From a virus (Duplodnaviria > Heunggongvirae > Uroviricota > Caudoviricetes): a stretch of DNA of 64,000 nucleotides. Position numbers and translations under genes: made by a program. A model generated the notes under the pieces. The model was not told the origin of the DNA and ran no database searches. It saw nothing but the letters and a program-made list of their open reading frames with translations. Positions 34,801 to 47,642 of the stretch are shown here, piece by piece; within the stretch, counting starts at the first letter, position 1, and every line of letters begins with the position of its first letter. The stretch is taken from IMG/VR virus record IMGVR_UViG_2861069343_000001; one strand, written 5' to 3'.

Positions 34801-37800
34801 CCGGCAGGAAACGATAGGTGATCCGGCGATAGTACAGGTCCATGTCAGTACATACGCGGTCCATATCCCTGATTATTGAGAAGATCGGACGGGCTTTCTC
34901 GTGCTCAATCACGCCGTCTTCATTGACCGAGGTCGTTACGCCATTGTTGGCTTTGGCCGCCGCTTCCGCCTGCTGACGCAATTCTTCATACGCCGCCAGT
35001 TGTTCTTCAGTAAGTGGTGCATCCTGCTGGTGTTCGTCCAGCTCCGGGATCTCCACGGTATCCTTAACGTCTTCCGCCGTTTTAAGCGTTACCCAGCGAT
35101 GGAATATACCGCGCAGCGCATCAAGGTTTTCAAAGCCCATCAGCGCCATTTTTTCTTCAACTTCACCGCTAATTTTCTGTACCGTTTCCAGCCTGGTCTT
35201 GCCGAAGAATTTAACGAAGTCATCAGGACCGTAGATCCCCATGTTCTGCCAGTATTCCTTCGGCAGAACATGAGAAAGCATGTTGTATGCATCGATCGGG
35301 GTGTTAACGACTGGCGTTGCAGTCAGGAGAACCGGCCCGCGCCCGCCATTCTTTTTCATCAGGTACGCGTTTTTAATTGCCATATCTCGCGCCGATTGCG
35401 CCACCGCGCTGGTGGGCAGATAGGCCAGTTGTGACGCTTCGCGACCATTTTTATAGCTATTGCGGTAGTTGTGACCTTCGTCAGCGATCACACTATCGAA
35501 GCCCATATCCTCAAAGTACGGATACTTCTCTGCTTTTTCGGTGCCGGTATCTGAATACTCCGACAATACCCGGCGACGCGCGGCCTCTTTGCGGTGGGAG
35601 TCGGAGTCCATTGCGCTGGCTACGCGTCCGGCGGCAACGAAGTCATAAAGCATATCCTGTGCATGCTCATCTACGGTGTCATCACGTAGCGGAATGCGGG
35701 CGTATTGTTCTTTGGTAAACACGACTGCACGGTAATTTGAGTGCGGGATCGCGTTCATCCGCGCCGTGATAGTGGCTTCATCTGCCAGTTTTAGGGCATC
35801 GCGCATAACTGGAGTGCCATCAGTACCAAGAACAGGTTTACCGTTCTCATCGAGCACCGGCACCTGGCGAATCTGATCGCCATCCATCAGCACATCAAGA
35901 CCGACGAACAGGTAGTTACTGAATGCCTCTTCACTCAGGAATTCTTTTGCTTCGTAATACCAGTTTTCCAGCACTGATTTAGGCACTACATACGCAGTAC
36001 GGGTGGAGCGACCGTTCTCATAGTTGAACGCCTCAAGCGCCAGCGCGGTCGTGGTTTTACCCAGCCCGGTGCCGAAGCCCAGGATGCCGCGCCCATCTTC
36101 GGACAGTCGGCGCACCTCGCTATTCTGGTAATCAAATGGCTGGCGCTTACCGCTTAATCCCTTCAACCCAAGCGGATCGCCAGAGTGTTCATACGGGATA
36201 TTGCTATTGAACACATCGTTGTATTTGGCAACCAGCTCATCGTAGCGATCGTGCGTCTTGATCCACTTATTGAACTGGTCCTCAAGCAGTGCCATCTGCT
36301 CGCGGTAGCCGTTCGCCGTCGCGCTATCTTTGCCACCGATACGCGCACCATTGAGATACTTTTCCAGCTGTGCCGGGAACCCGGTCGCGTTTTCACCTGA
36401 TTTACGGTCCCACTCGTAGCGGATCTCGCCTGTTTCTTTATCCTTACGCTGGACGACACCGTATCGGTGCCCGACGAACAGACCATCACCACCGTGATAG
36501 GTGTCAGAAACCATTTCGTCGCCTTCCAGCTGCACTGACTGCACATAGCGCAGATCCGGATAGCCGTTTTCCTGCAAAAATTCCAGAATGACGGAACGGT
36601 CGAACCAACGGCTATTGAGCTTAAACCGGATATTCTCTGCTGGCGTCTTGATGCGCTTCTCTTCGATCGCTGCCAGCTGATTAAGGACGTTGTTCTTTAC
36701 TGGACCGTCGGGGAGCGTGGCGAGGAATTCCTGTTTTGGAGCCACTATCTCGTTAATGTCGCCGCTGGTGGCGCGGGCGAACGGAACAATCCCGCCATAC
36801 GGTGAAACCGCAATGCCAGGGGTGCTGGCCAATAAATTAAGCAACTCGTCATCACTGGCTGGCAGTTCGCCGGTAAACGCAAGGCGGAAATCATCGAGCT
36901 GGATTGGATCGCGAGTGAGATCACTGTAGAGATAACGCAGGGTGTCCTGATAGCTGGTAGAGTCATAACTGGCGCTGGAATCATGCGTAACCAGTTTTCC
37001 TGTCAGCTCGTCAGAAATAGTGCCATCCAGCTTAATTGCACCACGGAAAGCAAACCAGGCGCGCGCACCGCTCCCCGATAATTTCGCTATCGGACCGCGA
37101 CCGGGGTTACCAAAACGGTCAATCTCTGCCTGCAAACGGGATACCAGAGAAAGGCGCTGCTGTTCGATTTGTTCAGCACTATGCCCGGCGGCCTTCATAT
37201 CCTGATATTCAATTAACATCCGGCCAATCATCGCTCCACGATACAAGCGTTCACGGTATTTTTCAGGCTGGCTGTTAATCCAGTCCACCAGCTGCACCAT
37301 ATCGTCGCTGATTGATGTGGTGTACTTATCGCGGACATTTGCCATCTGGGTAAATGTCATACCGAGACGGCCTTCTGTTGTAGTCAGGTTACGCTGAAGA
37401 GCCTCCCAGCTATCCGCGCCATAACTGGCAACCTCAATCTTCAGCTCCTTCCCGGCATCAGCTTCAATCCAGCGACCACCAGCATATTTTTGCCATACGC
37501 CATTAATCAGGCGCATTTCCCCTTCATCAACAACATCTGCGGTCGGTGACGGTTCAGCCATATCGAGCAAAGACCAGTCGATACGGCTTTCGAAACGATG
37601 AATCAGCTTCGCTTTAAGAGCCTGGTTATCAATCTGACCGTCGGCACGAACCTCAATACGCCCCTGGAAGCCCTTTTCCTGGGTGCCATGAACAAACCGG
37701 CGGCCATCCTTTTCAAACCACTTGCCAGAAATAAACGTTGGCCAAAGCACATTTGCCGATTCAAGAGTGCTCTCATCCACCAGGGGGATTTTCTCAGCCA

Positions 37801-38635
37801 TCTCCGCCGGATGTTTGCGCATCAGCACCACGTCAACGACCGTACTGGTCCCGTTTGCGTCAAAAGTACCGGTAGGCAAGCGGTGGGCACCAAGAAATTC
37901 AGCTTTACGGGATAGGCGCAGGCGTAACCGCTTCATGTTTGAACCTGAAACAATGGACGGCGGCACAATCACGCACATGAATCCGCCAGGCTTTATCTTG
38001 TCCAACATGCGGAGCATGAAGTAAGACCCCATGTCCGTTTCTTCTGCGTAAGGCTTATCGATGTTGCGTGTGTTATCACGACCGCCGAACGGAACGTTAC
38101 CCACAACATGGTCGAATGAATCGTTAGGCGTGCTTACAGCCAGTTGTTCGAACGGGGAAATTTGTACGCTGTCTTCCGGATGTAACAGCTGGTTTATACG
38201 ACCGGAAACACTGCTGATCTCAGTCGCGGTCATCACCGTACCAACCGGTTTTGTCTCATTAAAAACGCCGGTTCCCGCCGATGGTTCCAGAGTGTTACCT
38301 ACGTCCGCGCCGTAGAGCTTCATGATCTCCCAGACACCTTCAGCGATCGGCTTTGGTGTGTAATATTCGGAGACGGACCCGCCAATGCCGCCTTCACCGG
38401 TGTACCCAGCCAGGATCTGGCGCTGTTCATCTGTCAGTGTCGCGCCGTCCACCAGCGAATTAAGCAAATCTATCGCCTTCTGATTCGCCTCACGGCGCAG
38501 TCGGTCATAGCTTTTGCCTTCCACCTTTTCCACGCCGTATTTAATCGGCGCTCGGTGAGATGTTATTGCCCTAATGTATTTCAATATTTCGCTGACACTT
38601 GAACAGCGAAACACTCCCATAGATAGCTTGTTCAT
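31868..38635 (-). CDS. darB: DarB antirestriction protein (N6-adenine methyltransferase + SF2 helicase)
   Basis: 2255 aa; methyltransferase region (NVPFGG), helicase motifs (GFGTGLGKTTTALA, DEGH, TATPVVN). Confidence 0.9.
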   Translation of the reverse strand: MNKLSMGVFRCSSVSEILKYIRAITSHRAPIKYGVEKVEGKSYDRLRREANQKAIDLLNSLVDGATLTDEQRQILAGYTGEGGIGGSVSEYYTPKPIAEGVWEIMKLYGADVGNTLEPSAGTGVFNETKPVGTVMTATEISSVSGRINQLLHPEDSVQISPFEQLAVSTPNDSFDHVVGNVPFGGRDNTRNIDKPYAEETDMGSYFMLRMLDKIKPGGFMCVIVPPSIVSGSNMKRLRLRLSRKAEFLGAHRLPTGTFDANGTSTVVDVVLMRKHPAEMAEKIPLVDESTLESANVLWPTFISGKWFEKDGRRFVHGTQEKGFQGRIEVRADGQIDNQALKAKLIHRFESRIDWSLLDMAEPSPTADVVDEGEMRLINGVWQKYAGGRWIEADAGKELKIEVASYGADSWEALQRNLTTTEGRLGMTFTQMANVRDKYTTSISDDMVQLVDWINSQPEKYRERLYRGAMIGRMLIEYQDMKAAGHSAEQIEQQRLSLVSRLQAEIDRFGNPGRGPIAKLSGSGARAWFAFRGAIKLDGTISDELTGKLVTHDSSASYDSTSYQDTLRYLYSDLTRDPIQLDDFRLAFTGELPASDDELLNLLASTPGIAVSPYGGIVPFARATSGDINEIVAPKQEFLATLPDGPVKNNVLNQLAAIEEKRIKTPAENIRFKLNSRWFDRSVILEFLQENGYPDLRYVQSVQLEGDEMVSDTYHGGDGLFVGHRYGVVQRKDKETGEIRYEWDRKSGENATGFPAQLEKYLNGARIGGKDSATANGYREQMALLEDQFNKWIKTHDRYDELVAKYNDVFNSNIPYEHSGDPLGLKGLSGKRQPFDYQNSEVRRLSEDGRGILGFGTGLGKTTTALALEAFNYENGRSTRTAYVVPKSVLENWYYEAKEFLSEEAFSNYLFVGLDVLMDGDQIRQVPVLDENGKPVLGTDGTPVMRDALKLADEATITARMNAIPHSNYRAVVFTKEQYARIPLRDDTVDEHAQDMLYDFVAAGRVASAMDSDSHRKEAARRRVLSEYSDTGTEKAEKYPYFEDMGFDSVIADEGHNYRNSYKNGREASQLAYLPTSAVAQSARDMAIKNAYLMKKNGGRGPVLLTATPVVNTPIDAYNMLSHVLPKEYWQNMGIYGPDDFVKFFGKTRLETVQKISGEVEEKMALMGFENLDALRGIFHRWVTLKTAEDVKDTVEIPELDEHQQDAPLTEEQLAAYEELRQQAEAAAKANNGVTTSVNEDGVIEHEKARPIFSIIRDMDRVCTDMDLYYRRITYRFLPEYADAVQQLADSLPKQATSEDDDSDDSITQQSQYSLIDKGEFIQLQVPEAFEQEVNKRLARFGIDEQTVTHPVTPKYAKLIATLKEFFPEGKQIIFTDEKTQHQKLKRIICNALNLEPSKVGILNAQTVAEAGKTGKKLKAVKPPKELPDEPTDAQIAKYNEQMALYDAYIAQQNEMSLGGLEKIAADFQEGRTPIIICNKKAEVGINLHRGTTDIHHLTLPWTPASIAQRNGRGARVGSNRASVRVHYYCGKGSFDEYRLKTLKRKAGWISDILRSDKSEMENADANDMIEMQMYTAKDDGERLAMMQVQMDKAKAAKRARQKEQATIDLQNYIKAQHAAGEDVEVLTAELERSKAELEKTTAEVAKFKQAAMAKAADNADWKARWGSVHHTDRMLLAQYRASLKSAIQRKANISQAISRYEKLLNRTQKAATDIKRLRPLVEDAINKGILDVDPDLVNHANEFLVIGDRSWRVGQYYDCAGDIVRIKSLDFDSQRADVEIIFTLRGTKSGNWDVKTLDKQVDVTPDEDAVMQKISGGVSIAGINDIISCDDFYRFQQRGMIKITDSYGVQTTESGYSIDFVGTYTDPLKHAVYPDRRDGALKSSIAKWVLGMMSEGNNRQIRSAETFLVELFGSNYGDVIASYGDTLSPEAIQEKIADAIAKMPEKTSQGATRNGDSELEVTNAIFGTHEFRASDYEITTAQFGTIGIYSNKAEIKQAMDAANARIAAEREANLNHAVAALTQSWVTAIREAATTGKITPAIADVVNAGSKFMDAYQMDAVQLPSAYGQLSYRMTYNLVSMFSDLAILGLVDLNEVTPELLSMRKNHVEILQRINTVLAGRTDEEKQADADRINLALGNITEEEIAARNEKQEELSSIQGDATSIAQSLGLNYRVSTADLKMMYAPKFAAGEVFGLQEASGMKGVLFRAKDAIKAKFGARWLPAKAKNSDFPGNWWIIETKHNVADVLAVIQQYA

Positions 38636-38702
38636 TGGTAATCCTTAACAAGTGACTAGTGTTAAATTTCCGTTCAAACACGATACGAATTATTCTAATT
38701 AA

Positions 38703-41433
<2,731 letters not shown>

Positions 41434-41440
41434 CCACCAA

Positions 41441-41472
41441 AAATAACCCCGGCGAGTGCCGGGGTTCTCGTT
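41441..41472. terminator. bidirectional terminator between pro and lyz
   Basis: AACCCCGGC-GAGT-GCCGGGGTT hairpin plus TTCTCGTT. Confidence 0.55.
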
Positions 41473-41724
41473 AACTATTATCGACTTCGCCTGCGTGCCA
41501 TATATTTGCGCACCGCGCGGCGTGGACAATCTGAAGCGGTTTCTTTCTGCTGCATCAATCTCGCGGCCATGCTCAAAAATGTCAGGCACAGCCGAAGCCC
41601 GGCATACAATAGCGGTTCCAGTGGCCACGTTTCATTAAGCACATATACCGCCATGAAAATCGAGTCGAAAACTATCGCTGCCAGCGATAACTTCATTGTC
41701 GAAAGTCTGCGGAGCTGCCGGAGT

Positions 41725-42282
41725 TTATTCATTGACCAGTCCCGTCAGGCAAAGCTGGCGTTCTTTTTCACGGCGAATCTTTAAACCTCGCAGGGGCACG
41801 CCGTTACTGTTCACAAAATCAGGGAGATGGTTACACATATTCACCCATTCCCCTTTCTGCGCCCACTTGTGGATGGACGTTTCGACTCGCATGCCTCGCG
41901 CTTTGCTGTAGTAGGTCCGTAAGCTATTGCATCCCATATTGAATGCCGCGCTTGTCATTGCACTAAAGGCATTATCGGGCATGTCTTTGCCCCGGAAGTG
42001 CTGATTAATACAGCGTTCAGCGATCAGGATATTCTTTTCCCAATCAGCGGCGATTTGCTGGTCGGTTTTTCGCACACCCGGCGTTACCCCGTGTGTATTA
42101 CCGATCCCGTCAGTCCATACCCCCGCCGGGCACATGTATGGATCACGTCGGCAACCTTCAGCGTTACCAATCAGCTCAAGCCCCGCCTGGTTGGTTCGCA
42201 CATTGCCATTACCCATTACGATGGTAATCATCACCGCGATAGCGCAAATTGCACCGCCTCCTGCGGCTGTTTTTCCCTTCAT
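41725..42282 (-). CDS. lyz: phage lysozyme (T4 lysozyme-like, GH24)
   Basis: 185 aa; LELIGNAEGCRRDPYMCPAGVWTDGIGNTHG. Confidence 0.8.
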   Translation of the reverse strand: MKGKTAAGGGAICAIAVMITIVMGNGNVRTNQAGLELIGNAEGCRRDPYMCPAGVWTDGIGNTHGVTPGVRKTDQQIAADWEKNILIAERCINQHFRGKDMPDNAFSAMTSAAFNMGCNSLRTYYSKARGMRVETSIHKWAQKGEWVNMCNHLPDFVNSNGVPLRGLKIRREKERQLCLTGLVNE

Positions 42283-42414
42283 AAAGACCTCATAAGCGAA
42301 TTTTTACGCTCCAGGACAAACACCCATTCACAGCCAATACCGACTGACTCGATCCCTTTAGAAGGCACAGGATAATGCAAATCACTTGTTAGCTACGTTT
42401 CAAAGATATACATT

Positions 42415-42431
42415 ATTGCTCTAATCATTTT
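42415..42431 (+). promoter_or_regulatory. C1 operator-like site upstream of ssb
   Basis: ATTGCTCTAATCATTTT. Confidence 0.45.
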
Positions 42432-42450
42432 ATTTTATTAGGTAAGATAA

Positions 42451-42939
42451 GTGGCACAACGCGGTGTAAACAAAGTCATCCTGATTGGTACCCTGGGGCA
42501 AGACCCGGAGATCAGGTATATACCAAATGGCGGAGCGGTCGGAAGACTAAGCATCGCAACAAATGAATCATGGCGCGACAAGCAAACGGGCCAACAGAAA
42601 GAGCAAACAGAATGGCATAGAGTCGTTTTGTTCGGGAAACTTGCTGAAATTGCGAGTGAGTATTTACGAAAAGGTTCTCAGGTCTACATCGAAGGGAAAC
42701 TTAAAACCCGTAAGTGGACAGATGACGCCGGTGTAGAACGTTACACGACGGAAATTATCGTCAGCCAGGGCGGCACCATGCAAATGATCGGCGCTCGCCG
42801 TGACGATTCACAGTCCTCAAATGGCTGGGGGCAATCGAACCAACCTCAAAACCACCAGCAATACAGTGGTGGCGGTAAACCTCAGAGCAACGCCAATAAC
42901 GAACCTCCAATGGACTTTGACGACGATATTCCGTTTTAG
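42451..42939 (+). CDS. ssb: single-stranded DNA-binding protein
   Basis: 162 aa; OB-fold [23 protein letters not shown]...; acidic tail DFDDDIPF. Confidence 0.9.
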   Translation: MAQRGVNKVILIGTLGQDPEIRYIPNGGAVGRLSIATNESWRDKQTGQQKEQTEWHRVVLFGKLAEIASEYLRKGSQVYIEGKLKTRKWTDDAGVERYTTEIIVSQGGTMQMIGARRDDSQSSNGWGQSNQPQNHQQYSGGGKPQSNANNEPPMDFDDDIPF

Positions 42940-43141
42940 AGTTTATGAGTAAAAAACGACTGAAAGAAAAGCGGTGGTCAAGACGCCGACAAAAGCACGA
43001 ACTCGCAAACAAACGCCAAAGTTGGCAATGGCACGCGCTTTTAACGAATAGAACACCCCGAGATATTGCTTTCGCTGGTGGGAAAACATTCCTAACCAAC
43101 CTGAAGGCGCAATACATCAGTTTTTAAGCAGAGAAAAGACT

Positions 43142-43936
43142 ATGACAGCACAAAATACTAAAACCATTCAATACCGCCTGCGTAATGGCCAGAGTGTAGA
43201 AGTGACCATCAATAATGATGGTGTACCTGGCGAAAAGGTTTCTATCTCTGATCTGGCTATCGAAAAAACCATCATGTGCCACCTTGGCTTTACTGAAGAA
43301 GTGAGCAAAAAGCATGGTGTAGCTATCTGGCGCACAATGGATACTGGCATGCGCAGATTCATTACTGCTCGTACCCCTGGTATGACCATGATGGACCTCA
43401 TACAGATTGCGCCGCTGTTTGAGTGTGAACCTTTGGATGTATTCAGCAATCCAGCTATCTGCCAGCAGTTATATGGTGAGATGAAACTCGCGGTTACCCC
43501 CATTGTGCTGCATGAAGGATCGCTTGCTGGCGTATGGAAAGTAGAGCGAATTTCAAGCTACATGCCATTCCACATCCATGTCAACGGCGTAATCACAGGT
43601 GAAAATCAACCTGTTTCAGTTACAAAGTCAGACCTCAATCGCGCAATTCTTGAAGCAAGTTGTCGAGTTATCGGCCTGGGCAAACAGTCTTATGTTTCCT
43701 TCCCGGCTGGTCCTGAAGGCCCGGCAGAAATTCTGATTATGGATGCTGATCTGCTCTGGCAAATACAGTTTCTGATTGGCAAAAGCATCATCCGCGCTGA
43801 AGAACTCGATCAGTACATTACCTGCACGATGACGGATGAAGTCAAAAGTGTGGCTATAGCCAATGCCCGGAACCTGTGTCGTGCTGCATTAACAGAACTG
43901 CAAGAAAACACTACGGAAGAAGTGGAAAGCGATTAA
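43142..43936 (+). CDS. hypothetical protein
   Basis: 264-aa ORF followed by terminator. Confidence 0.5.
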   Translation: MTAQNTKTIQYRLRNGQSVEVTINNDGVPGEKVSISDLAIEKTIMCHLGFTEEVSKKHGVAIWRTMDTGMRRFITARTPGMTMMDLIQIAPLFECEPLDVFSNPAICQQLYGEMKLAVTPIVLHEGSLAGVWKVERISSYMPFHIHVNGVITGENQPVSVTKSDLNRAILEASCRVIGLGKQSYVSFPAGPEGPAEILIMDADLLWQIQFLIGKSIIRAEELDQYITCTMTDEVKSVAIANARNLCRAALTELQENTTEEVESD

Positions 43937-43967
43937 AAAAAATCCCGCCGATTGGCGGGATTTCTTC
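43934..43967. terminator. bidirectional rho-independent terminator
   Basis: AAATCCCGCC-GATT-GGCGGGATTT plus TCTTC. Confidence 0.55.
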
Positions 43968-44283
43968 AATATACGATCTGGTCTACATGATCCCCAAAAT
44001 CATCGTCGTCATCGTCGTCGTCCTCATCGCCACCCTCTACTGCTGGCCAATCAACAAACCAGCCAGCGTAAAGATGCAGCGTTCGGAGAACATCACTTGC
44101 GGGAGCATCAAGGGTGTTAACGAATCCCATATAGCTATTGGGATTTGCCCCAGCTATGGCTTCAGCGATCATGTCCTCGGTAATGTCACCGGAGATAATG
44201 CTTAAACGCCCGGAAACTTCTTCATTATCATCAAATTCGATAATGGCATCTCCGCCTAATGGCGCCGCGATTTTAATCTGCAT
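43966..44283 (-). CDS. small acidic protein, last gene of leftward operon
   Basis: 105 aa, poly-Asp C-terminus. Confidence 0.4.
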   Translation of the reverse strand: MQIKIAAPLGGDAIIEFDDNEEVSGRLSIISGDITEDMIAEAIAGANPNSYMGFVNTLDAPASDVLRTLHLYAGWFVDWPAVEGGDEDDDDDDDDFGDHVDQIVY

Positions 44284-47260
44284 TATTTAGCTCCTTTGCC
44301 ACACCTAATAACAGTTCCAGCAATCCGTCACCATTCATCAGTGATGCGGCAGCGGCCTCTTTGTCATGATACAACTGAAGAGCCATAGAGAATACTTCCG
44401 TTGCTGACGTTTTGGAAATAGTCGGTGATTTCTGCCGAATTTTCCCGGAGTTACTCACTGAGACTGGCGGGTATACCTTCGCCATATAAATATTACTCAA
44501 TCGAGATCTGAAGCACCATTCAGGCTTGCCACGCCCACCGATATTGACGAAAGATAGCTTACCCCCTTCAACATTGGCCTTCAGGAATGACCGGGCTTTC
44601 TCTAACAAACCGGGGTTACTGTACTCAAGATGATGACCCAGCTCGTGCCACAGTGCTCTTGCATTTTCATCGTTCAAATTGACAGCAACAACACCATTTA
44701 GATTTGCATATGCCCTTCCCTGGTGGTGAACCACCTTTGATAAGGTCGATATTTTCCCGCCAGTCAGGCGATAAATATCAGCAAGTTCCTTGCGCAGGTT
44801 TATCCCACCATTCTGTCCAGCGCGGGCTTCTTCCACTTCTTCCGTGATAAAAGAGTCGGCCCACTCAAGAGCTTTTTCTTCAGATACGGATGAGTTGGCG
44901 ATCGCACTGTTCATGGCAGATAACACTTTCTCGTGGACCGAACCCATACTTCGCTGATTCATTTGCCAGCGTGTCTGCGGGTTATATGAGAATCGCTTAA
45001 GTAGTTGGTCAAGATGCTCAAGTTCTTCTTCGCTGACATACTTTTTAGCCTCACCAATAATGCCAGGGAGAATATTGCCGTTAGGATTAAACGCTCGCGA
45101 AAGGAAGAGTTTCAGCGCCCCCATGCCCTCCGATGCTTCAATATCACCAATAACCTGGTTAACAATGGCCGCACTCTTCGGATTAGCATCCGCCAACGCT
45201 CTGGCTACGATTTGCAGGGACGATACGACCTCACGCTGCATATCAGTCCTGATCTCATCAATAAACTCTGGCGTTATGCCGTGCTCTTTAAGGATATCCC
45301 TGCCTTCCGCCGTTACCCCATCGATATCACCGACATGTTTATTAACCCGACTTTGCAATGCCTTAAATGCCTTCAGAATTCCACGGGCATCATCCGCTTT
45401 ACTAACGGCCTTCCTGAATGCTGGCAAGAAGTCAGAGTTAACCTCATTTTGTTGATCGGCCCACTGAATGGATGCTTCTTTCATCTCGTCAAGAGTCAGA
45501 TCACCCAACGCGGTATGATCTGTGAATATGAGCGACAGCCTCTGAACCATTTCTGCCAATGGTGATGCCGTATGCGCCGCGCTAAGGAATGCTTTCACCC
45601 TGGTTGGGCGAATGGAAAACCAGTCAATAGCTGGTGGCATATCTCCGTTTTTTATCGCCTGCGCTATCTCATCAAAGCCATCGCGCCCAAGGGAGGATGC
45701 GTGATTTAACAAGCCGCGAAGTAACGAATTGCTGATACCGAATAATCGGCACCATTTTTTCACGTCGGCAACAGGCATTCGAACAAAATGCGCAAGCACT
45801 TGTACAAGCTGTTCATCCTGGGGATCTGTGCGGGAAAGCAGCCTGATCAGATGAATAATGTCTTTGATGCCGGATGCCCGATGTAATAGCAAACTGGTAT
45901 ACGGAGCAACACCGTTGTAGCTACCGCCGGAAACGGACTCGAAAAGACCGCCGGATATCCCTTGCATGCCTTCGTTTTCCAGTTCCTGAGACACCTGGCG
46001 AAGGATATCCTGTAACGACACATCGCCGCCGCCAAACATATCCCCGAGCGCCTGGCCCTGGTGCTGTAACTCATCATTGATACGTTGCGCCATCAACTTA
46101 AAGGCGGTGGCCATACGCTTCGCGCTACGGTTATTCGCGACGATAAACAACGCGAGTGCTTTCACTTCCGGGGCCGTTTCGCTGAACATATCCCCCTGAG
46201 CAATAACATCGGTAATATGCTGGCCTGACTCCTTCGATTGCCTTACCAGGTCTACCGCATCTTTCAATGCCGCCAGCGCCTTTTTATCGAGGCTATCCGC
46301 TGTCTCAATGCCATCAACAATAGTTGTCACAGCCTGCTTGTGCGCTTCTCCTGACAAAGCCTGCATCTGGACAAAATCATTGGCTGCCGCATTAAGCGCC
46401 GTCAGAACATTACGCATATCCGGATCAGGTTCTTCTGCAACCATCCTTACCAGGCGCGCATCCTTATATGCCTTGGCAAAGATCGCGTTTTGTATACGGT
46501 CTACAAGTTGCCGTGTTGGTCGCCCATCTTCCGTTACAAGGCCAGCAGCCTGTGTGGCACCAACTTGCGTCATGAATCCGCGAATAAACGCGTCATTACT
46601 GCGGCTAAGCAGATCTCCACTTTCTGATGGGTTAAACAGCGCCATCATCGCCGGAGTTATGCTGTCAGCATCAACAAAAGCCTTTTCACTGGCTGCCATT
46701 TCCTGAAGATCAGAAATATTTGAGTCCTTGGCAAACTGAACGCGGTCAACCTTAGTTAACCGTCGGCGCACCAGTACCGGAGCCGCCATTGATTCAACCT
46801 TTTCAGGTCGTATGCCGAATTCGGTCGCATGATCAATCAGGTACTCACGATACCGATCCGCATTGCCGTCCTGATAGGCTTTGATGATCCCCATGGTCCG
46901 TCCATTACCTGACTCAACGGCATTGTCCTCACCAATTATCGGCGCGCCATGGCTGGATAAACCGGAATCGGTAAGCTGGGCAGGACGCAAATCCTTGGAT
47001 ATCTGGTTGACCTGAAGAAGATTGGATGCGCGGGTCCGGTCGCGCGGCTGAAGTTCCTGGGGATAGTCAGGGTTAATTTTCCCGTCCAGAGTATTGGATA
47101 CCAAAAGAGCTGAGGCATCGACGATATCAAACGCTGTTTTTACCTCGTCTCCCTTCGCTGTCACCACATACGAAACCCGCCCGTAATTGGGCAGGTTTTT
47201 TAGCAGCTCGATCAGCGTTTCTATGCTGGTGGCCATTACCACCTGATCGCTTAAGCTCAT
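44273..47260 (-). CDS. large protein with HExxH metallopeptidase-like motif; possibly Dar-operon DdrB-like
   Basis: 995 aa; WHELGHHLE motif; size and position consistent with P1 ddrB from memory. Confidence 0.45.
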   Translation of the reverse strand: MSLSDQVVMATSIETLIELLKNLPNYGRVSYVVTAKGDEVKTAFDIVDASALLVSNTLDGKINPDYPQELQPRDRTRASNLLQVNQISKDLRPAQLTDSGLSSHGAPIIGEDNAVESGNGRTMGIIKAYQDGNADRYREYLIDHATEFGIRPEKVESMAAPVLVRRRLTKVDRVQFAKDSNISDLQEMAASEKAFVDADSITPAMMALFNPSESGDLLSRSNDAFIRGFMTQVGATQAAGLVTEDGRPTRQLVDRIQNAIFAKAYKDARLVRMVAEEPDPDMRNVLTALNAAANDFVQMQALSGEAHKQAVTTIVDGIETADSLDKKALAALKDAVDLVRQSKESGQHITDVIAQGDMFSETAPEVKALALFIVANNRSAKRMATAFKLMAQRINDELQHQGQALGDMFGGGDVSLQDILRQVSQELENEGMQGISGGLFESVSGGSYNGVAPYTSLLLHRASGIKDIIHLIRLLSRTDPQDEQLVQVLAHFVRMPVADVKKWCRLFGISNSLLRGLLNHASSLGRDGFDEIAQAIKNGDMPPAIDWFSIRPTRVKAFLSAAHTASPLAEMVQRLSLIFTDHTALGDLTLDEMKEASIQWADQQNEVNSDFLPAFRKAVSKADDARGILKAFKALQSRVNKHVGDIDGVTAEGRDILKEHGITPEFIDEIRTDMQREVVSSLQIVARALADANPKSAAIVNQVIGDIEASEGMGALKLFLSRAFNPNGNILPGIIGEAKKYVSEEELEHLDQLLKRFSYNPQTRWQMNQRSMGSVHEKVLSAMNSAIANSSVSEEKALEWADSFITEEVEEARAGQNGGINLRKELADIYRLTGGKISTLSKVVHHQGRAYANLNGVVAVNLNDENARALWHELGHHLEYSNPGLLEKARSFLKANVEGGKLSFVNIGGRGKPEWCFRSRLSNIYMAKVYPPVSVSNSGKIRQKSPTISKTSATEVFSMALQLYHDKEAAAASLMNGDGLLELLLGVAKELNNAD

Positions 47261-47272
47261 CCCTGTTACGCC

Positions 47273-47635
47273 TTATGCTGCCTCTTTAATGTTGGCGGCT
47301 ATCCATGCCGCCGTGTGCTGTTTAACCTGGTCCAGATCGATGTATGTGCCAACATATTGACTCAAGTCCTGCAACGTACCGATAAATGCATCGGTGCTCT
47401 GATCGACGAATTTATCAGCCAGGAAATCAGCAACCAGTTTTGGCACACCATCATGTACCGAAGGTTGTTTTTCCTCGCCACTACCGCCGCCGGACGCGCC
47501 GTACCCCATCTGTTGCATGATCTGGTCAATTTCATCGCTGATATCCAGCAACTCCATGCCACTCGCGGTAGCAGCTTTGGACATCAGAGAATCCAACTTG
47601 TCGCTGAGGTCCATTAACTCAATAGCTGATAGTGT
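47273..47635 (-). CDS. small protein, possibly DdrA-like
   Basis: about 121 aa from internal Met MTLSAIELMDL of ORF 47273..47821. Confidence 0.35.
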   Translation of the reverse strand, partial: TLSAIELMDLSDKLDSLMSKAATASGMELLDISDEIDQIMQQMGYGASGGGSGEEKQPSVHDGVPKLVADFLADKFVDQSTDAFIGTLQDLSQYVGTYIDLDQVKQHTAAWIAANIKEAA

Positions 47636-47642
47636 CATGCCG

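Noticed and set aside
31999-38315. Many plus-strand ORFs (60-177 aa) inside darB
   Set aside because: They are antisense to a well-supported 2255-aa gene.
38568-38584. Operator-like ATTGCCCTAATGTATTT inside the darB 5' coding region
   Set aside because: Only 14/17 match and it lies within coding sequence; it may be chance, though an internal operator cannot be excluded.
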